DNA of 64,000 nt from assembly GCA_965287045.1 (NCBI GenBank), contig OZ336877.1, positions 48,174,001 through 48,238,000 on the forward strand, in the 5' to 3' direction. A model generated the notes under the pieces. That model ran no database searches and was not told the origin of the DNA. It saw nothing but the letters and a program-made list of their open reading frames with translations. This stretch comes from Carcharhinus amblyrhynchos (taxonomy: Eukaryota). This document shows positions 48,500-61,330 of this stretch, one piece after another (the first letter of the stretch is position 1; each line of letters begins with the position of its first letter). A program made the translations under genes and the position numbers.

Positions 48500-49432
48500 C
48501 TAATATTTCAGGTTAATGACTCTTTATCAGAACCAAGGAAAAATCCAAATGGAATAGGTTTTGAACAAGTGAGATTGTGGGATTGTGCAGGGCATGAAGA
48601 ACAAAGATATGTGATAGGATGGAGGACAGGAAAGATTAAATGATATGAGGTTTCATGGTAGCAAAGCTAAAGGGAGTGGTCATAAGTAAAGGCCGAGGTG
48701 TGAACGGCTAGATCACAAAAGTCCAAATGTAAAGTAAGAAACGAAAATTGAAGCAAGGAGAAATGGAGTCAGCATTTAAAAAATAAAGTAGAGGCAGGGA
48801 TTTTGGAAATACGGAAGATAGGAACAAGAGTAAGCCATTTGGCCCATTGAGCTTGCTCCAACGTTCATTATGATCATGACTGATCAACTCAATTGCCTGT
48901 TACTTCATTTTCCCCCCGCCGCCCCCACTACCTATCCTTTTTAATCTCCTTCACCCCAAAAACGATATCTAACTCTTTGAAAACATGCAATGTTTTGACC
49001 TCAACTGCTTTCCGTGATAGCAAATTCCACAGGCTTAGCACACTCCCTGGGTGAAGAAACTTCTCCTCATCTCAGCCCTAAAAGGGTTATTCTAGATGAC
49101 CCCTGGTTCTGAATACCTCCACTATCAGGAGCATCCTTTCTGCATCAACCCTGTAGAATTTTATATGTTTCTATGAGATCCCATTCATTCTTCTCAACTT
49201 CAGCAAATATCATCCTAACCAACTCGATCCATCCTCGTAAGTCAGTTCTGCCATCTCAGGAATCAGTCTGGTTATGATTTAAAATTATTGAATTTTGAGT
49301 CCAGAAGGGTACAGAAGTGTCGAGTTGAAGGTTGAGGTATTGAACTTCATTTGAGCAATGTAACAATCCAAAATCTAATGTCAGAATGGGAGCAAGGTGA
49401 AGAATTGAAATGACGTGTGACAGGAAGCTAGC
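48500..49432 (-). mobile_element. Penelope-like element 3' fossil, split by a CR1 insertion
   Basis: Decayed hammerhead-type terminus TTTCAGGTTAATGACTCTTTATCAGAAC; GAGTCCAGAAGG..GAATGGGAGCAAGGTGAAGAATTGAAATG..GGAAGCT recalled as a GIY-YIG region. Confidence 0.5.
48812..49272 (-). mobile_element. CR1 3' end
   Basis: Colinear with 40176-40670 (GCCATTTGGCCC, CTGGGTGAAGAAA, GCCATC.CAGGAATCAG). Confidence 0.85.
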
Positions 49433-50252
49433 GACTATAATTTATTATTTATTTTAAAAATGGAAGGACAATTTAACCTAATGCATTCATCAGGAAACTA
49501 ATTGAATCTGTTGCAATGCTGATCTTACTGTCCAATTATTCAACCCTTGATTGAAACCAGTGTTTCATGGGCTCCCATGGATTTTCTGTCTAGTGGTTAT
49601 GTGAAAATACCTGTGTAATCTCTATGATATGACAGATATTCTAGCAAAGATGTGCAACAACATCAGATCTCTTGTCTTTTCATTTTCATTTGTTATAACA
49701 AGTGCTTTCAACAATATTTTAGAAACCATCTGTTAGATTTGCAAGGTTGCATTGAGTGTGCAAGTGTCCAAGGCAATATGAATGTTGACACTCAGAAAAT
49801 AGAAACATTATTTATTTAAAATGTTATAACCAGTAAGAATTTGCTAAGGATTTCAAATTAATAATTTAGTATGTTCACTTAATTGCTTCACATCTCCTTC
49901 AATGTGCTGTGACCAAACTGATTCTCTATCTTCATTACTTTTCTGAAGTTAATTGTGGCTCTCTGGATGTTGTGAGGATTTATTTTCTAATTCACAGAAT
50001 GTGCATATTGCTGCCAAGGCCAGTATTTATTACACACCATTAATTGTCCTGTGAGGAGTTGGTAGCCAACTTCTGCAGTCTGTGTGATGAAGGTATTAGC
50101 ACAATGCTATCGGGTAGGGGGGTCAGAGTTTGGAACCAGTGGAAAATCAGGGAATGGAGGTACATGTCCAAGACTGGATACTATGTCTGCTGAGAACTTG
50201 GAGGGAACAGGATTCTCAGCAATCAGCATAGCCACCTTGGATGAACCTCTCT

Positions 50253-50514
50253 CAGGTGACCAAATTGCTGAAGATTTTTTGCTACAGGCCCACTAGTCAA
50301 GTTAATTGGCTCTTTAAACAACTTACTAGTTGAAAGGAATCTAAGATTTATTTTTGTCTCTCCTGGGTATGAAATGGAAAGCGGATTAAAGTGGAGAGGA
50401 CTTGGAGCTGAAAACCCAGACATTTGAGCCATCTGGAGAAAACTGCCTGGACACTGAATCACTTAGCGAAAAATCTGAACTGCCCTGACCAAACCAGGAT
50501 ATCTGCTCACCGTA
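50253..50514. mobile_element. hAT (Blackjack-like) MITE adjoining a LINE 3' fragment (49985-50250)
   Basis: Decayed TIRs CAGGTGACCA...TGCTCACCGTA (compare TAGGGTGACCA). Confidence 0.45.
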
Positions 50515-51683
50515 GTTGAGAGGCACTAGCAAGGTGGTGGGGATGGGTGCCAAAATGGAATCCATTTAGTATTTTGCCAATCCAATAGAGTTTATATGTT
50601 ACAGAGAAACTTTGTTCTCATTTCTGTTGAGGCTTGATAATATTGAATTCAGGATTTCCAATTCTCTGAAAGTTAACTGTAGTTTGTTTCTCCCCTTTTC
50701 TCTCTTCACTCAATGTTCAAAATGTGACTTGGAATGTCAGTTTAAAGTAACATCATTCAAAGTCATTGAAAAGCTTGATTCTTTTGGACTATTTTCATAC
50801 TATCAATGACCAGTATGAAGAAGTATTATTAATTGTCAGGGCCTAAATTGAGCATTTAACTTATTCCCAGAGTTTACATTTGGTTCCAACACTCTTCTCA
50901 ATGCAGTCAGCAAAATTAACTAACTATGAATTTTATCCTTCTGAAGAAACCTTGTGTGTAAAACTTTATCATGTTTCTTCTGCATTACAGCAATTAAATG
51001 CCCTGATAAATTAGGGAATGAGTGAACTGGGTTAGTCAAACTTGCATCACAATTGTACTCTGAAGTTCAAATTACCTGGAAGTTTTTTTATTTAATGATG
51101 CAAATTGAACATCAGCATATGTCTAGTTTTTATAGTTCATTTGTGCATTATGCATTAAATGTCCATTTAATTCCATTTTATCTCCCCCCTCTGGAGTGTC
51201 TCTAAGCCAAAAGTGGCCATCTTGGTGACTTTGTACTTTAACGGTTCACTAAGAAATGTGTTAATTATGAAAGTCAAATGTTCCCCCTTTACTTCCTCCA
51301 AGGCTAAGTTTCCTCTTGACTCAGCTCGAACAGTCTGATTAAAATCTAGAAGCCACCAGGTGGGAACCAGTGGCAAAGAACAAAAAATCTAATCTTCAGT
51401 GATAAGAGTGCTGCTTTAGTTGGTTTTGTGTATTTAAAAATATAGTAATGGGCTGCCTAATCATTTGGAAGTGCATTTAAATCAATTAAACTACTGCTGT
51501 GTTCAAAAGTATGCTGGTGACTAGTAATTAGCAGGACCCTATCTCGCTGACTTTTGCCAATCATGTAAATATTAATCCAAGTAAAATTGATTAAGTTAAA
51601 GTATTACAGTTAATGAAATGATGTTGATACCCCTGCTGAGTGTGTATTTTAATTCAAAGGGTTTCTGTTTCTCTTGACCTTCT

Positions 51684-51789
51684 GGCTGGAATTCTCCGAT
51701 CCTGCTGCAGTGAGTTTTGGCCGAACGCCAAATTCTCCATTCTCGCTAGCAGTGATGGTGGGGTGAATGAGATTGGAGAACCCCCATCC
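51684..51789. mobile_element. Short MITE (Harbinger-like)
   Basis: TIR-like GGCTGGAATTCTCCGATC...GATTGGAGAACCCCC. Confidence 0.5.
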
Positions 51790-52734
51790 CCTCTCAAGGA
51801 GTTTGGGTGCCATAATTTTAGCTTTTAATTTTTTTTTTTTTAATTTTGCATTTCAAGTTGAGATATCTGCTGAGAGGTTTATGGGCACGTTTTCCTTAAC
51901 ATGGGCTTTGTAGCATTTTTATCATTGATTTGGTTGAAGATACCTGAACATTGTAACTTCAGCATTGAAATGCCTATATTTAGAAAGGTATTTGGTACCT
52001 TTTCATAGCAAACTGTCACTTTAAAACATAGTCGTGCTTTTTAAAGTCAGGAAACATGGCAAACTATTTGCTCAAAGCAAAAACTCTGAAACATCTTCAA
52101 TGAACAAATAATCTGTACTGGCGATGATGGGGTGAATGATGGCCAGTACACTACAAGGACTCCCCTTGCTCTGCTCTGTATTGTGTAATTGGACTTTTCA
52201 GATTCACTTGAGGCGGCTTCTGTTTAACATTTCATAGGAGGAAGATATCTCAGAGGATAAATATTTTCCCCAATTTGGGTTTAATACGCTTTGCCAAAAC
52301 AAAAATGTAACAGCAAAAGACACTGGTCCCTGCCTTGCTATAAAGTGGCAGAATTAAATCCGACAGAGCATGAGCCTCCACTATATGAAAAAATATATAC
52401 TTTTGCTTAAGGATTCTGTTCATTGCATGTGTTACGCTGAATGTGGTGGGTGTTTTGGATCTTGTTGCCAGTGCTGAATTAAAGGCAAAGCTGCCCAATT
52501 TATGAAAGTTTGTGTTAATCTGATTATCAAATTTTTCTTTTGGAATAAGTAAGACCAAATGTCAAAGGAGTCAATGATGTACTAAGGGAGAAAAGATTAA
52601 AAATGTATAAGGGCTTACAAGACTTATTTTATTTCACAAGCCTGCTTTTGATATTTTCGCATATCAGTTGAATCATTGCACCCTGTAAATTTTCTGTACC
52701 TAATTTACACAACAGTAATATCACTTATTTCGTA

Positions 52735-53135
52735 TCAGCCTTGACCCAATGGTAGCACTTTCAACTTTCAGTTAGAGGTTGTGAATTTAAAACCCCACCA
52801 GAGACTTGAGCTCACAATGCATCAGCTGCCAAAGGATATGTCTTTCAGATGAGATACTAAAGTGAAGTGCCATCAGCCCTTTCAGATAGATGTAAAAAAT
52901 GCCAAGGCACTATATGGGGGGGGAAAAAATTCTAATCTTATTGATCCCTCAACTAATATTCCTACAATAGTTTATTAACCATTTGTTTTAATATTATCTG
53001 TGGGACTTTGTTGTCAGCAAATTGGCTGCTGCTGTTTCTGTATTTTACAACTGCAATTGCACTTCAGAAGTGTTTTTATTGGCTGTGAAGGACTTGCAGG
53101 ACATCATGAAAGGTGCTATACAGAAGTAATTTTAA
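52735..53135 (+). mobile_element. Deu-domain tRNA SINE (SacSINE1-like), near full length
   Basis: Head CAATGGTAGCACT..CCAGAGACTTGAG, Deu-like GTCTTTCAGATGAGA..TAGATGTAAAA..GGCACTA, tail CATGAAAGGTGCTATA. Confidence 0.7.
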
Positions 53136-53689
53136 TTTTGTTTGATTTTCATTCTTTAGAATTAGGCAGCTGGGGTTACTAATAATGATCTGCATCTGTT
53201 CTAAGTTGCTTACTGAATTGTGTATTTTTGACAAACTTGATATTTTATATATCACTGTCTCTGTTCTGCATTATTTTAGGCGACAGTTGAGAAAGAGTCA
53301 CCATAATTGAATCAGAGATATGAATAATGAAAAGGATGAATTCACCACTGAGACCTACTTCCCCTTTTTAATGTGCACATTGCATACTGTGTAGATGAAG
53401 TTGTAGTTCACTTGCATGCTTATCAGTTCATGCAAGATTTTCCTTTTTAAACAAATTTCAGGTGTTGGAGTTTAATTGTAACTTTATAGTGAAATTCATG
53501 TTGAAGGTTATCTATAGTGATAATTTTATCTTGATGCCAATAATAAATAAATTCAGTCTTGAATCTTCATTAGGAAATTGACCATGCATACAGACTAGCT
53601 TAAACCTATGTACTGTATGTGTCCTAAAATAATTAATGGGCTGAGGTGATGTGCAATTAGATTTTGGGAAAGAATCTGACATTCTGAAG

Positions 53690-53990
53690 GAAAGAAATGA
53701 AAATGGAAAAATACTAGAAATGCCAGCTGGTCTAGCAGTGTCTGTGAAGAGAAGTGGCGTTAATGTTTCAGGTCAATGACCTCTTCGCTAGATCTGGAAA
53801 ATGATCGGAATGTTTTTTTTAAGCAGTATTTAACTAAGGAAAGAACTAAATGGAATGGTCTTTGAGTTGGATGACAGAAATTATTGGATAGCAAAAGTAA
53901 CATGCAAGACACAATGGGTTGATAATGAAACAAAAGTGATAAAAGATTGGAACATAAGTGAATTACAGCACAGCAGGAGAAAGCATGAAA
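53690..53990 (-). mobile_element. Penelope-derived repeat with decayed hammerhead motif
   Basis: GCAGTGTCTGTGAAGAGA..GTTAATGTTTCAGGTCAATGACCTCTTC. Confidence 0.55.
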
Positions 53991-54891
53991 AATCTGAATG
54001 ATGGGTTTAAACTGATGTTTTTTATTTGTTCAAATTCCTCCACGACCACCTTCTCATGACTAACCATCTCCAGCTGTTGAGCCCCCTGAGAATTTGGCAT
54101 TCCTTCACTCCAACATCTTGTATGTCCCCCATTTCTATCGCCCCATTATTGTTGCTTACACTTTCAATTTTTATGGTGGATTTTGACCTATATTTGCTGA
54201 TTTTCCAGGTTGGCATAAAAGATGAAACAAAGGCCATCCAACTGCTTCAAAACAAGAAGCAGCCCCAATAACCCAGACCTACAAACCTGACCTATAGCAT
54301 CACAATGTGTAAGAAACAAGGACTTAACAGAAGTTAACAGTCTGCTTGTACAGCAGAAAATTGTTGTGTAAAACAGAGCATTTTCCTTTTTTTTTTGTAA
54401 AGCAATTGCAGCCCATGGTGCAGGGAAGGTAACAATTGTTTTGTGGGGTGCAGAGAAGTAATGCTGAATGATGTGGTCTCATAATATAAGGGGCCTGTCA
54501 TGGTTCCGGAAGCAAGAGACCAATTCAGCGCATGTTAAGGGATCAAATGTTGAACTGCCTGCCTTTTTCAGCAGTGACCTCTGGACCTGCTTTGGAAAAT
54601 TATTTATCTGATAGGTGGTGGCCTCTTGCTAGATGCATCTATAACAGTTCAAGTTTCCACAGAAATCCTAGAATATACATTTGTCCCATCATGAACATGA
54701 GCATGTGGCCTACCTCCTCTTTAAGGCGGTCATCCCAAATGAATGAAAAATAGCTTCACTTAATATTGGGTTAATTTGTCCTTCAGATATTCTTGAGACA
54801 CAGGATTGGCCCTCTTTTGCATCCGAGGTCCAATTCCTATTCTCTTTTATTAATAAACATAAATGTTGTTGCTTTTGAACGAAAACTTTAA

Positions 54892-55195
54892 AGAATCATG
54901 GAATCCCTACAGTGCAGAAGGAGGCCATTCAACCCAGCGACAACAATCTCACACAGGCTCTATCACTAACCCCACATATTTACCCTGCTAATCCCTCTGA
55001 CAATAAGGAGCAATTTAACATGGCCAATCAACCTAATCTGCATATCTTTTGACTGTGGAATGGAACAGGGGCATTCAGAGGAAATCCACGCAGACATGAG
55101 GAGAACACGAAAACTCCATAGATAGTCACCCAAGGCTGGAATTGAACCTGGGTCCCTGGCACTGTGAAGTGGCAGTGCTAACCACCATGCCACCC
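54892..55195 (-). mobile_element. HE1-type V-SINE, full length
   Basis: Minus-strand A box TGGCATGGTGG, B box GGTTCAATTCC, V domain and CR1-type tail. Confidence 0.88.
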
Positions 55196-55949
55196 TTGTT
55201 CTCTTATCCTTTAATCAGAATTGTTCTTCAGTATATACCGAAAGCTTGTTAATCAAAGATCATTTTAATTTTGGGACATATAAGGAACAAAATCATCCTC
55301 AATACAATGTCCTGTTGCTGAACAAAACTGTTCAATAGTCCAGTGACATGAGTTTGAATATGTGGCCAGAATAGGATCAGGTTTGAGAGCTCAGCTCCAT
55401 AATGCAGAGCTTTATCACTACAGATATTACAGTGACTTTGATCTGGATTTTAGAAGTGGGAAATTGAAGCAAGAGAAATCATGAATGCAAAAGCAATTTA
55501 GTTGCAATATGCTTTGTGCTCCTACCATTTCCATAATTAGTGTGAAAATCTGCAACTGTTGAAAGAGAAGAAGGAAAATGGGTGAATGATTTCTTCCTTG
55601 GAAACTCTGAACATGTCTGTGGTCAATTTGAATCTAATAGGAAAGAGATGTTAGTTAATTTGCTGTCTATCTAAAAGTGTGTGCGCACAATGTGGTACCC
55701 AGGCTGTGACTACAATCTATTAATATAGCTGAAGAATGTAGGCTATCAATTACATTATTAGAGTGGGCAGAATTTAAGCTCGATTTCACAGGAGGCTTTG
55801 GCCCACTTTACCATCTTGGTAACAGGAGTCATATTTTTAAGTGACAGTTTAACATAGACTTGTGGCTTGCAAATTATCTTTTGTGTATTTTTTTTACATA
55901 TTCAAATCTGTTGGTACCTGTTGAAACTTCATTCATATTATCTACTGTT

Positions 55950-56089
55950 TAAAGTTTTAAAGCTTATTTATTAGTGTCACAAGTAGGCTTACATTAACAC
56001 AGCAATTAAGTTACTGTGAAAATCCCCTAGTCGCCACACTGGCGCCTGTTCGGGTACATTGAGGGAGAATTTAGCATGGCCAATGCACA
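55950..56089 (-). mobile_element. Truncated V-SINE variant with a non-CR1 tail
   Basis: AATTTAGCATGGCCAAT (shared with HE1) joined to a different 3' part ending CTTGTGACACTAATAAATAAG. Confidence 0.55.
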
Positions 56090-56696
56090 ATACTGCAGGA
56101 TCATTGAAGAAAGGAGTTAATATAACTGAGAAAATAGTCTCGCTACCTATCATTAATTAATACCCTTGCTCAGAGGATCACTTTGAAATGACGAGCTGCA
56201 TAATGGTTTTTCATTGAATTGACCCTGTGCTTTCAAGGGAATAGAGGAAACTGCTTATTCTTGTATTCCAACGTACTACTAATTTGTTGGTAGGTTAACG
56301 AAGCTCATTTCCTTTAAGTGCTTTGCAGAATTTGCTTTTGCAGCAACATTATGCTATTTGTGGTCTCTGCTCAGACTAGCTGTGAATACGTCATGTAACC
56401 GGACAATAATTTTATAGTTTTAAATGCCAGGCTAGATTCTTCAGAATTTTACCCAACAGCTGAAGCTGGAGCTCAATGATTGACTGCTGCTCAGACATGA
56501 AGCAAAAAGCTCTGAACCGGCCATCTTTAAATATAATCCAGAAATTTTAAACGTCAATTATTTTCTCTGTACAGAAAGTTCTGTGTGATTTGATCGCTGT
56601 TTTATTTCCATTGCAAATGAGAATAATTGTATTGACTCTTTTTTTTCTTGTGTGATGGTTGATTTTTTTTTTAACTACTTATTTATAAGTAGTTGC

Positions 56697-57822
56697 ATTA
56701 GGTTAAATCTCATGGGACCCAGGTGAGGTAGCCGATTGGATACAAAATTGGCTTGATGACAGAAGACAGAGGGTGGTTGTAGAGGGTTGTTTTTCAAGCT
56801 GGAAGCTTGTGATCAGCAGTGTGCCTCGTGGCTCAGTGCTGGTCCACTGTTATTTGTCATTTATATTAATGATTTGGATGAGAATTTAGGAGGCATGGTT
56901 AGTAAGTTTGTAGATGACACCAAAATTAGTGGCAAGGTGGACAATGAAGAAGATTACCTAGGGTTGCAACTGGATCTTGATCGATTGGGCCAGTGGGCAG
57001 ATGAATAATAGATGGAATTTACTTTAGATAAATGTGAGGTTGATGCATTTTGGTAGATCAAACCAGGACAGGGCCTACTCAGTTAACGGTAGGGCACTGG
57101 GGAGAATTATAGAACAGAGATCTAGGGGTATGTGTTCATTGCTCCTTAAAAGTGGAGTCACAGTTGGACAGAGTGGCGAAGGTGGCATTCAGCATATGTG
57201 GTTTCATTGGCCAGAACATTGAATACAGGAGTTAGGATGTCTTGTTGAACCGATACAAGTCACTGGTAATGCCACATTTGGAATACTGTGTACAATTCTG
57301 GTCATCCTATTATAGAAAATATATTATTAAACTAAAAAGAGTGCAGAACAGATTTACTAGGATGCTACAGCGACTTATTGGTTTGAGTTGTAAGGAGAGG
57401 CTGAATAGACTGGGACTTTTTATCTGTGGAGCGTAGAAGACTTGGGAGTGACCTTATAGAGGCCTGTAAAATAATGAGGGGCATAGATAAGTTAGATAGC
57501 CAACATCTTTTCCCAAAGGTAGGGGTGTCAAAAACTAGAGGACATAGGTTTAAGGTGAGAGGGGAGAGGTACAGAAGGGTCTAGAGGGGCAATTTTTTCT
57601 CACAGGGTGGTGAGTGTCTGGAACAAGCTGCCAGAGGTAGGAATAGAGGTGGGAACAATTTTGCATTTTAAAAAGCATTTAGATAATTACATGGGTAAGA
57701 TGGGTGTAGAGGGATATGGGTCAAATGTGGGCAATTGGGACTGGCTTAGTGGTTTAAAATAGGGTGGCACGGACAAGTTGGGCCAAAGAGTCTATTTCTA
57801 TGCTGCAAACCTCTATGTCTCT
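56697..57822 (+). mobile_element. CR1 LINE, RT domain to 3' tail (frameshifted)
   Basis: GPLLFVIYINDLD..SKFVDDTKI..LQLDLDRL; PHLEYCVQFWS..RVQNRFTRM; CTCTATG tail. Confidence 0.95.
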
Positions 57823-58111
57823 AAATAATTTAGAAATGGTCCAGACCTGAACCTAAAATTAATTACTCTGGCTTGTATTGCATCAAGGAAGCATTAAAAT
57901 TCTTACCCATGTGAAGAATTTGCTTAACCACTGCCACCATGCTGCCCTTTCTGTGACTTCCAAAACGGATGAAAAGTTGGAGAAAATGTCATAAAATAGA
58001 AAAAACATCTAAATAAATACGCAAAAAATGCTACATGTAGTGTATTCGTGATACATTTCCTGGACTGAAGGTGTGCCCTAGGTATTCATAGTTATTGCAG
58101 TTTCATTTATG

Positions 58112-58333
58112 GGTTGGTTAGCTCAGGTAGCTGGATGACTTGTGATGCAGAATGACACCAACAGTATGGGCTCAATTCGTGTACTGGCTGAGGTTATTTA
58201 TGAGGACCCACCTTCAATCATGCCCCTTACATAAGGTATGGCGATCCTCGGGTTAAGTCACCAGCAGTCAGCTCTTCCCTTTTGAGGGGAGAGCAGCCTG
58301 TGGTAATCTGGGACTATGGTGACTTTACCTTAC
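58112..58333 (+). mobile_element. tRNA-derived SINE with a (TTTAC)n-type tail
   Basis: A box TAGCTCAGGTAGCTGG, B-box-like GGGCTCAATTC, tail GGGACTATGGTGACTTTACCTTAC. Confidence 0.65.
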
Positions 58334-58339
58334 GATGCC

Positions 58340-60316
58340 ATACAACGGGAAATCTTTAGGTCACCATTATTGGAAAATGAATCTGAATCAAGTAGTAAAT
58401 GTCCAAGTGATGAAATTGCCAAAAACGTGACAGTATTAGGCTGAAAAATGGCATTGGTGCTAGCATGTTGGCCAGGGAAGAAGGTTAGTAGATCTGCAAT
58501 TCGATACGTAGGCAGTCTGCAGATAAAATAATGGGTGACGTTTAATGCTTCAGGTAATTGTAGTTTCAGGTTAACTTGCTTAATTAGGACAGATCCACAC
58601 TTGGAAGAAGTTACTTAACATTTGGGAAAAATACCAGCATCAAAAAATATCCAGTAAATGGCCTAATTCATAAAAATAAGGCACATCAGTTGTACCAACA
58701 CATGTATAAGTGGTAAAGAGGGCAGCAATAGTGTTACTGGTGACAATGAAAGGACCTCCTCTTCATCTTTGCAGAGGACTCAGCTCCCACAAGATGGTTG
58801 GATCTCTTTTTAAAAAGAATTTTAGTCTTTGTAATGGGAGGCTGCATCAGCTGACTTTGCAACTGCAGGAGATTCCTGTGGGTGAATACATTGAGAAGGG
58901 AAACCAGCCAGAGCACACCTTTAATGTAGACAAAACTGGCCTGTTCAGGAAGAAAATGACGAATAGGACTTGCAAATGTAAAGAATAAAAGACAGCATCC
59001 GTTTGCTCATTTTAAAGCTGCAGAGGACAGGCTAATTCTCTTATGTGCCAATGTGCCTGGTTTTAAGAGTAAACAAATGCTGAATTATAGGTAAGAAAAC
59101 CCTTCAGCTCTCCCTTGTTTGCTAATGGCAAATGTCTGAGTTATAGCAGCAGCATTTGAAGACTAATTTAAAAATTGCTTTCTGCATGAGGTTTTTAACC
59201 CAAATTCAACCTTGTTCATCCTGCCAATGGAGCATGGGGTCATTTTGCCCCTGGAAGTTTCAGTCAGATTATGGAAACAACACCTTCAACCACTGTCCAT
59301 GATTGCTGGAAGCAATTCAACATCCTTCTATCAATAGACATAATCAAGGACACATGGGATGAGGTTAGAGTCAGCCATAAGTGCCAGCTGGGGAAAAAAA
59401 AATTAGCCTGAGGTTCTGAATTATTTCACATGGTTCCCTAATGGGGGCACTGAAGTAACCACGATTGTCGAGATGGCAAAAAAATCTTGGAAGAGAAAGA
59501 TATGAAGACCTGGCCACAATTGAACTTGTTTCAACCTCATCAAGTGGAATTCTCAATAGAAGAATTGGTCAAATCAAGTGAATGTGAAGAGGAAGAAAAG
59601 CCCAAGGCAGCTCAATTTACACATCAGATGATGACAGGCCTTACAAAGATCAGCTTAAGGAATTGTGATGGGCTATGGCACTAACATGGAATAAACATTG
59701 TCTTTCGTAAAGTGATTGACACTCCTATTGCTCCTAACTGAGAACTTCCCAAAAACAAAAGGCAAACTGCTATCACATCAATGTCTACATCAGCCACCTC
59801 TTCCCTCCACTTTCAAGTAAATTCTCCATCAATTTCACCTCTAAGTCATTACATTCTGCAGGGAAAGCTTCTAATAAGGGTAAACTTGACTCTTGTATAT
59901 TTGTTATTTTGTTAAACAGGAGGGCATCTTTATATTGAAAACATTTTTATTGTCTTTTTAATTTTCTATACATAGGAAATTTTTGGATGGTATATATTTA
60001 AACTATTGCATGATTGCTTTAAGAGCTGATCACATGACTTGATGGTGATATCATTAGGGTGTTGCACAGGCTATTGTTTTGCTTTCTGTTCTGTGCAGAA
60101 AATGTCTCTTTCAATAAACCTGTTACTTGTGATTCACGTCTTTCACGTCGATTCAATCTTTTCTTTTTGTTTAAAATCCCCTAACGTAGTTTGGACATTA
60201 CAGTTGAAGTCTAACTAATTGATTCCCATTATAAAATATGTTTGCAGTTTGTGAATTTGCCATCTGAGAGATTTTTTGAAGAATGTAAACCCTGTGAATG
60301 GTGGAACAGAACTATA
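58340..60316 (+). mobile_element. Tigger/pogo (Tc1-mariner) transposase fossil
   Basis: EAASAD, FNVDKTGLFRKKMTNRT (FNxDETGL), FKAAEDRL..CAN..GFK, PMEHGVI (PMDQGVI); many stops and frameshifts; decayed right end followed by TA. Confidence 0.85.
59969..60202 (+). mobile_element. Putative solo LTR nested in the Tigger 3' region
   Basis: Similar to 33267-33466; AATAAA; ends CATTACA. Confidence 0.5.
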
Positions 60317-60665
60317 CAAAATTCTGAAGGGGCTTAACAGGGTAGGCACTGAGAGGTTGTTTCCATTGGCTGGGGCACCTAGAACAAATCAGCATAGTCT
60401 GAGTAAGGAATTGATTGTTTAGGGTGGGGAGAAATTTCTTCCCTCAAAGGTTTGTGGATCTTTTCAGTTCTCTCCCCAGAGGGTTTTTGAGTAAGTATAA
60501 TGAAGGCTGAAATAAACACAGGTTGTTGGTGTTTCAGTGAATTGACAGATATAGGAAGTGAGCAGAAAGTTGAGTTGAAGCCCAAGATCAGTCTTGAGCG
60601 TATTGAATGGCAAAAGTTGGAACGGTGGGTTGTATGATTTACTGTTGTTCCTGTCTCTTGTGTAT
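60317..60665 (+). mobile_element. CR1 3' fragment
   Basis: YKILKGLNRV, RNFFPQRFVDL.SSLP. Confidence 0.75.
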
Positions 60666-61021
60666 AATGACTGTGCCGAGCTTTCAGTAGCTCCCTATTG
60701 GTTTTATGTCATTCACTTAAATCACCATTGTCTCTTATTTTTGTAATTCTTCATTCAGTTCCACTTCCAGGTTCTAATTCTGACTGACGGCTTTATTAAG
60801 AGCCTGGAACTTTCAAGAATGACTTCGTTTACCTTCATTTCACAAGTGCCACCAAATTGGCTAAACTTTACAATGGCCATCTTGGGCATCAAATCACAGC
60901 TGAATCAAAATGTCACACTTGTGAATGCGACAGATCAAATTCATGTGCGAGGAATGTCATTTGAAAATTTCTTCCAGTTATATCTTTTTGCAGGAGCATA
61001 GTGCAGATCTTAATGTAAATT

Positions 61022-61330
61022 TTTAGTTTGATTTATTGTCACATGTATTAGTATACAGTGAAAAGTATTGTTTCTTTCACGCTATACAAAGCATACCATA
61101 CATAGGAAAGGGGAGGGTGCAGACTATAGTGTTACAGTCACAGCTGGGGTGTAAAGAAGATGAACGTAATATGAGGTGGGTCCATTCAAAAGCAGGGAAG
61201 AAAGCATTGTTACAGAGTTTAAAAGAGTTAGAGTAAAGTTTTAAAAGCATAGAACGAGCGTAAAAGGTAGAATTAGAAGGTACATTGGGCACAGCTTGCA
61301 AGAAGTCACCACGCTCTAGCACCATCTTGG
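61022..61330 (-). mobile_element. Internally deleted LINE-derived element (Rex1/Babar-like 5' and 3' ends)
   Basis: Minus strand starts CCAAGATGGTGC and ends TTTTCACTGTATACTAATACATGTGACAATAAATCAAA; family assignment from recall. Confidence 0.45.

Noticed and set aside
55130-55195. tRNA-like A/B boxes (also near 4260, 13430, 47100 and 58115)
   Set aside because: SINE heads; no complete cloverleaf, so not tRNA genes
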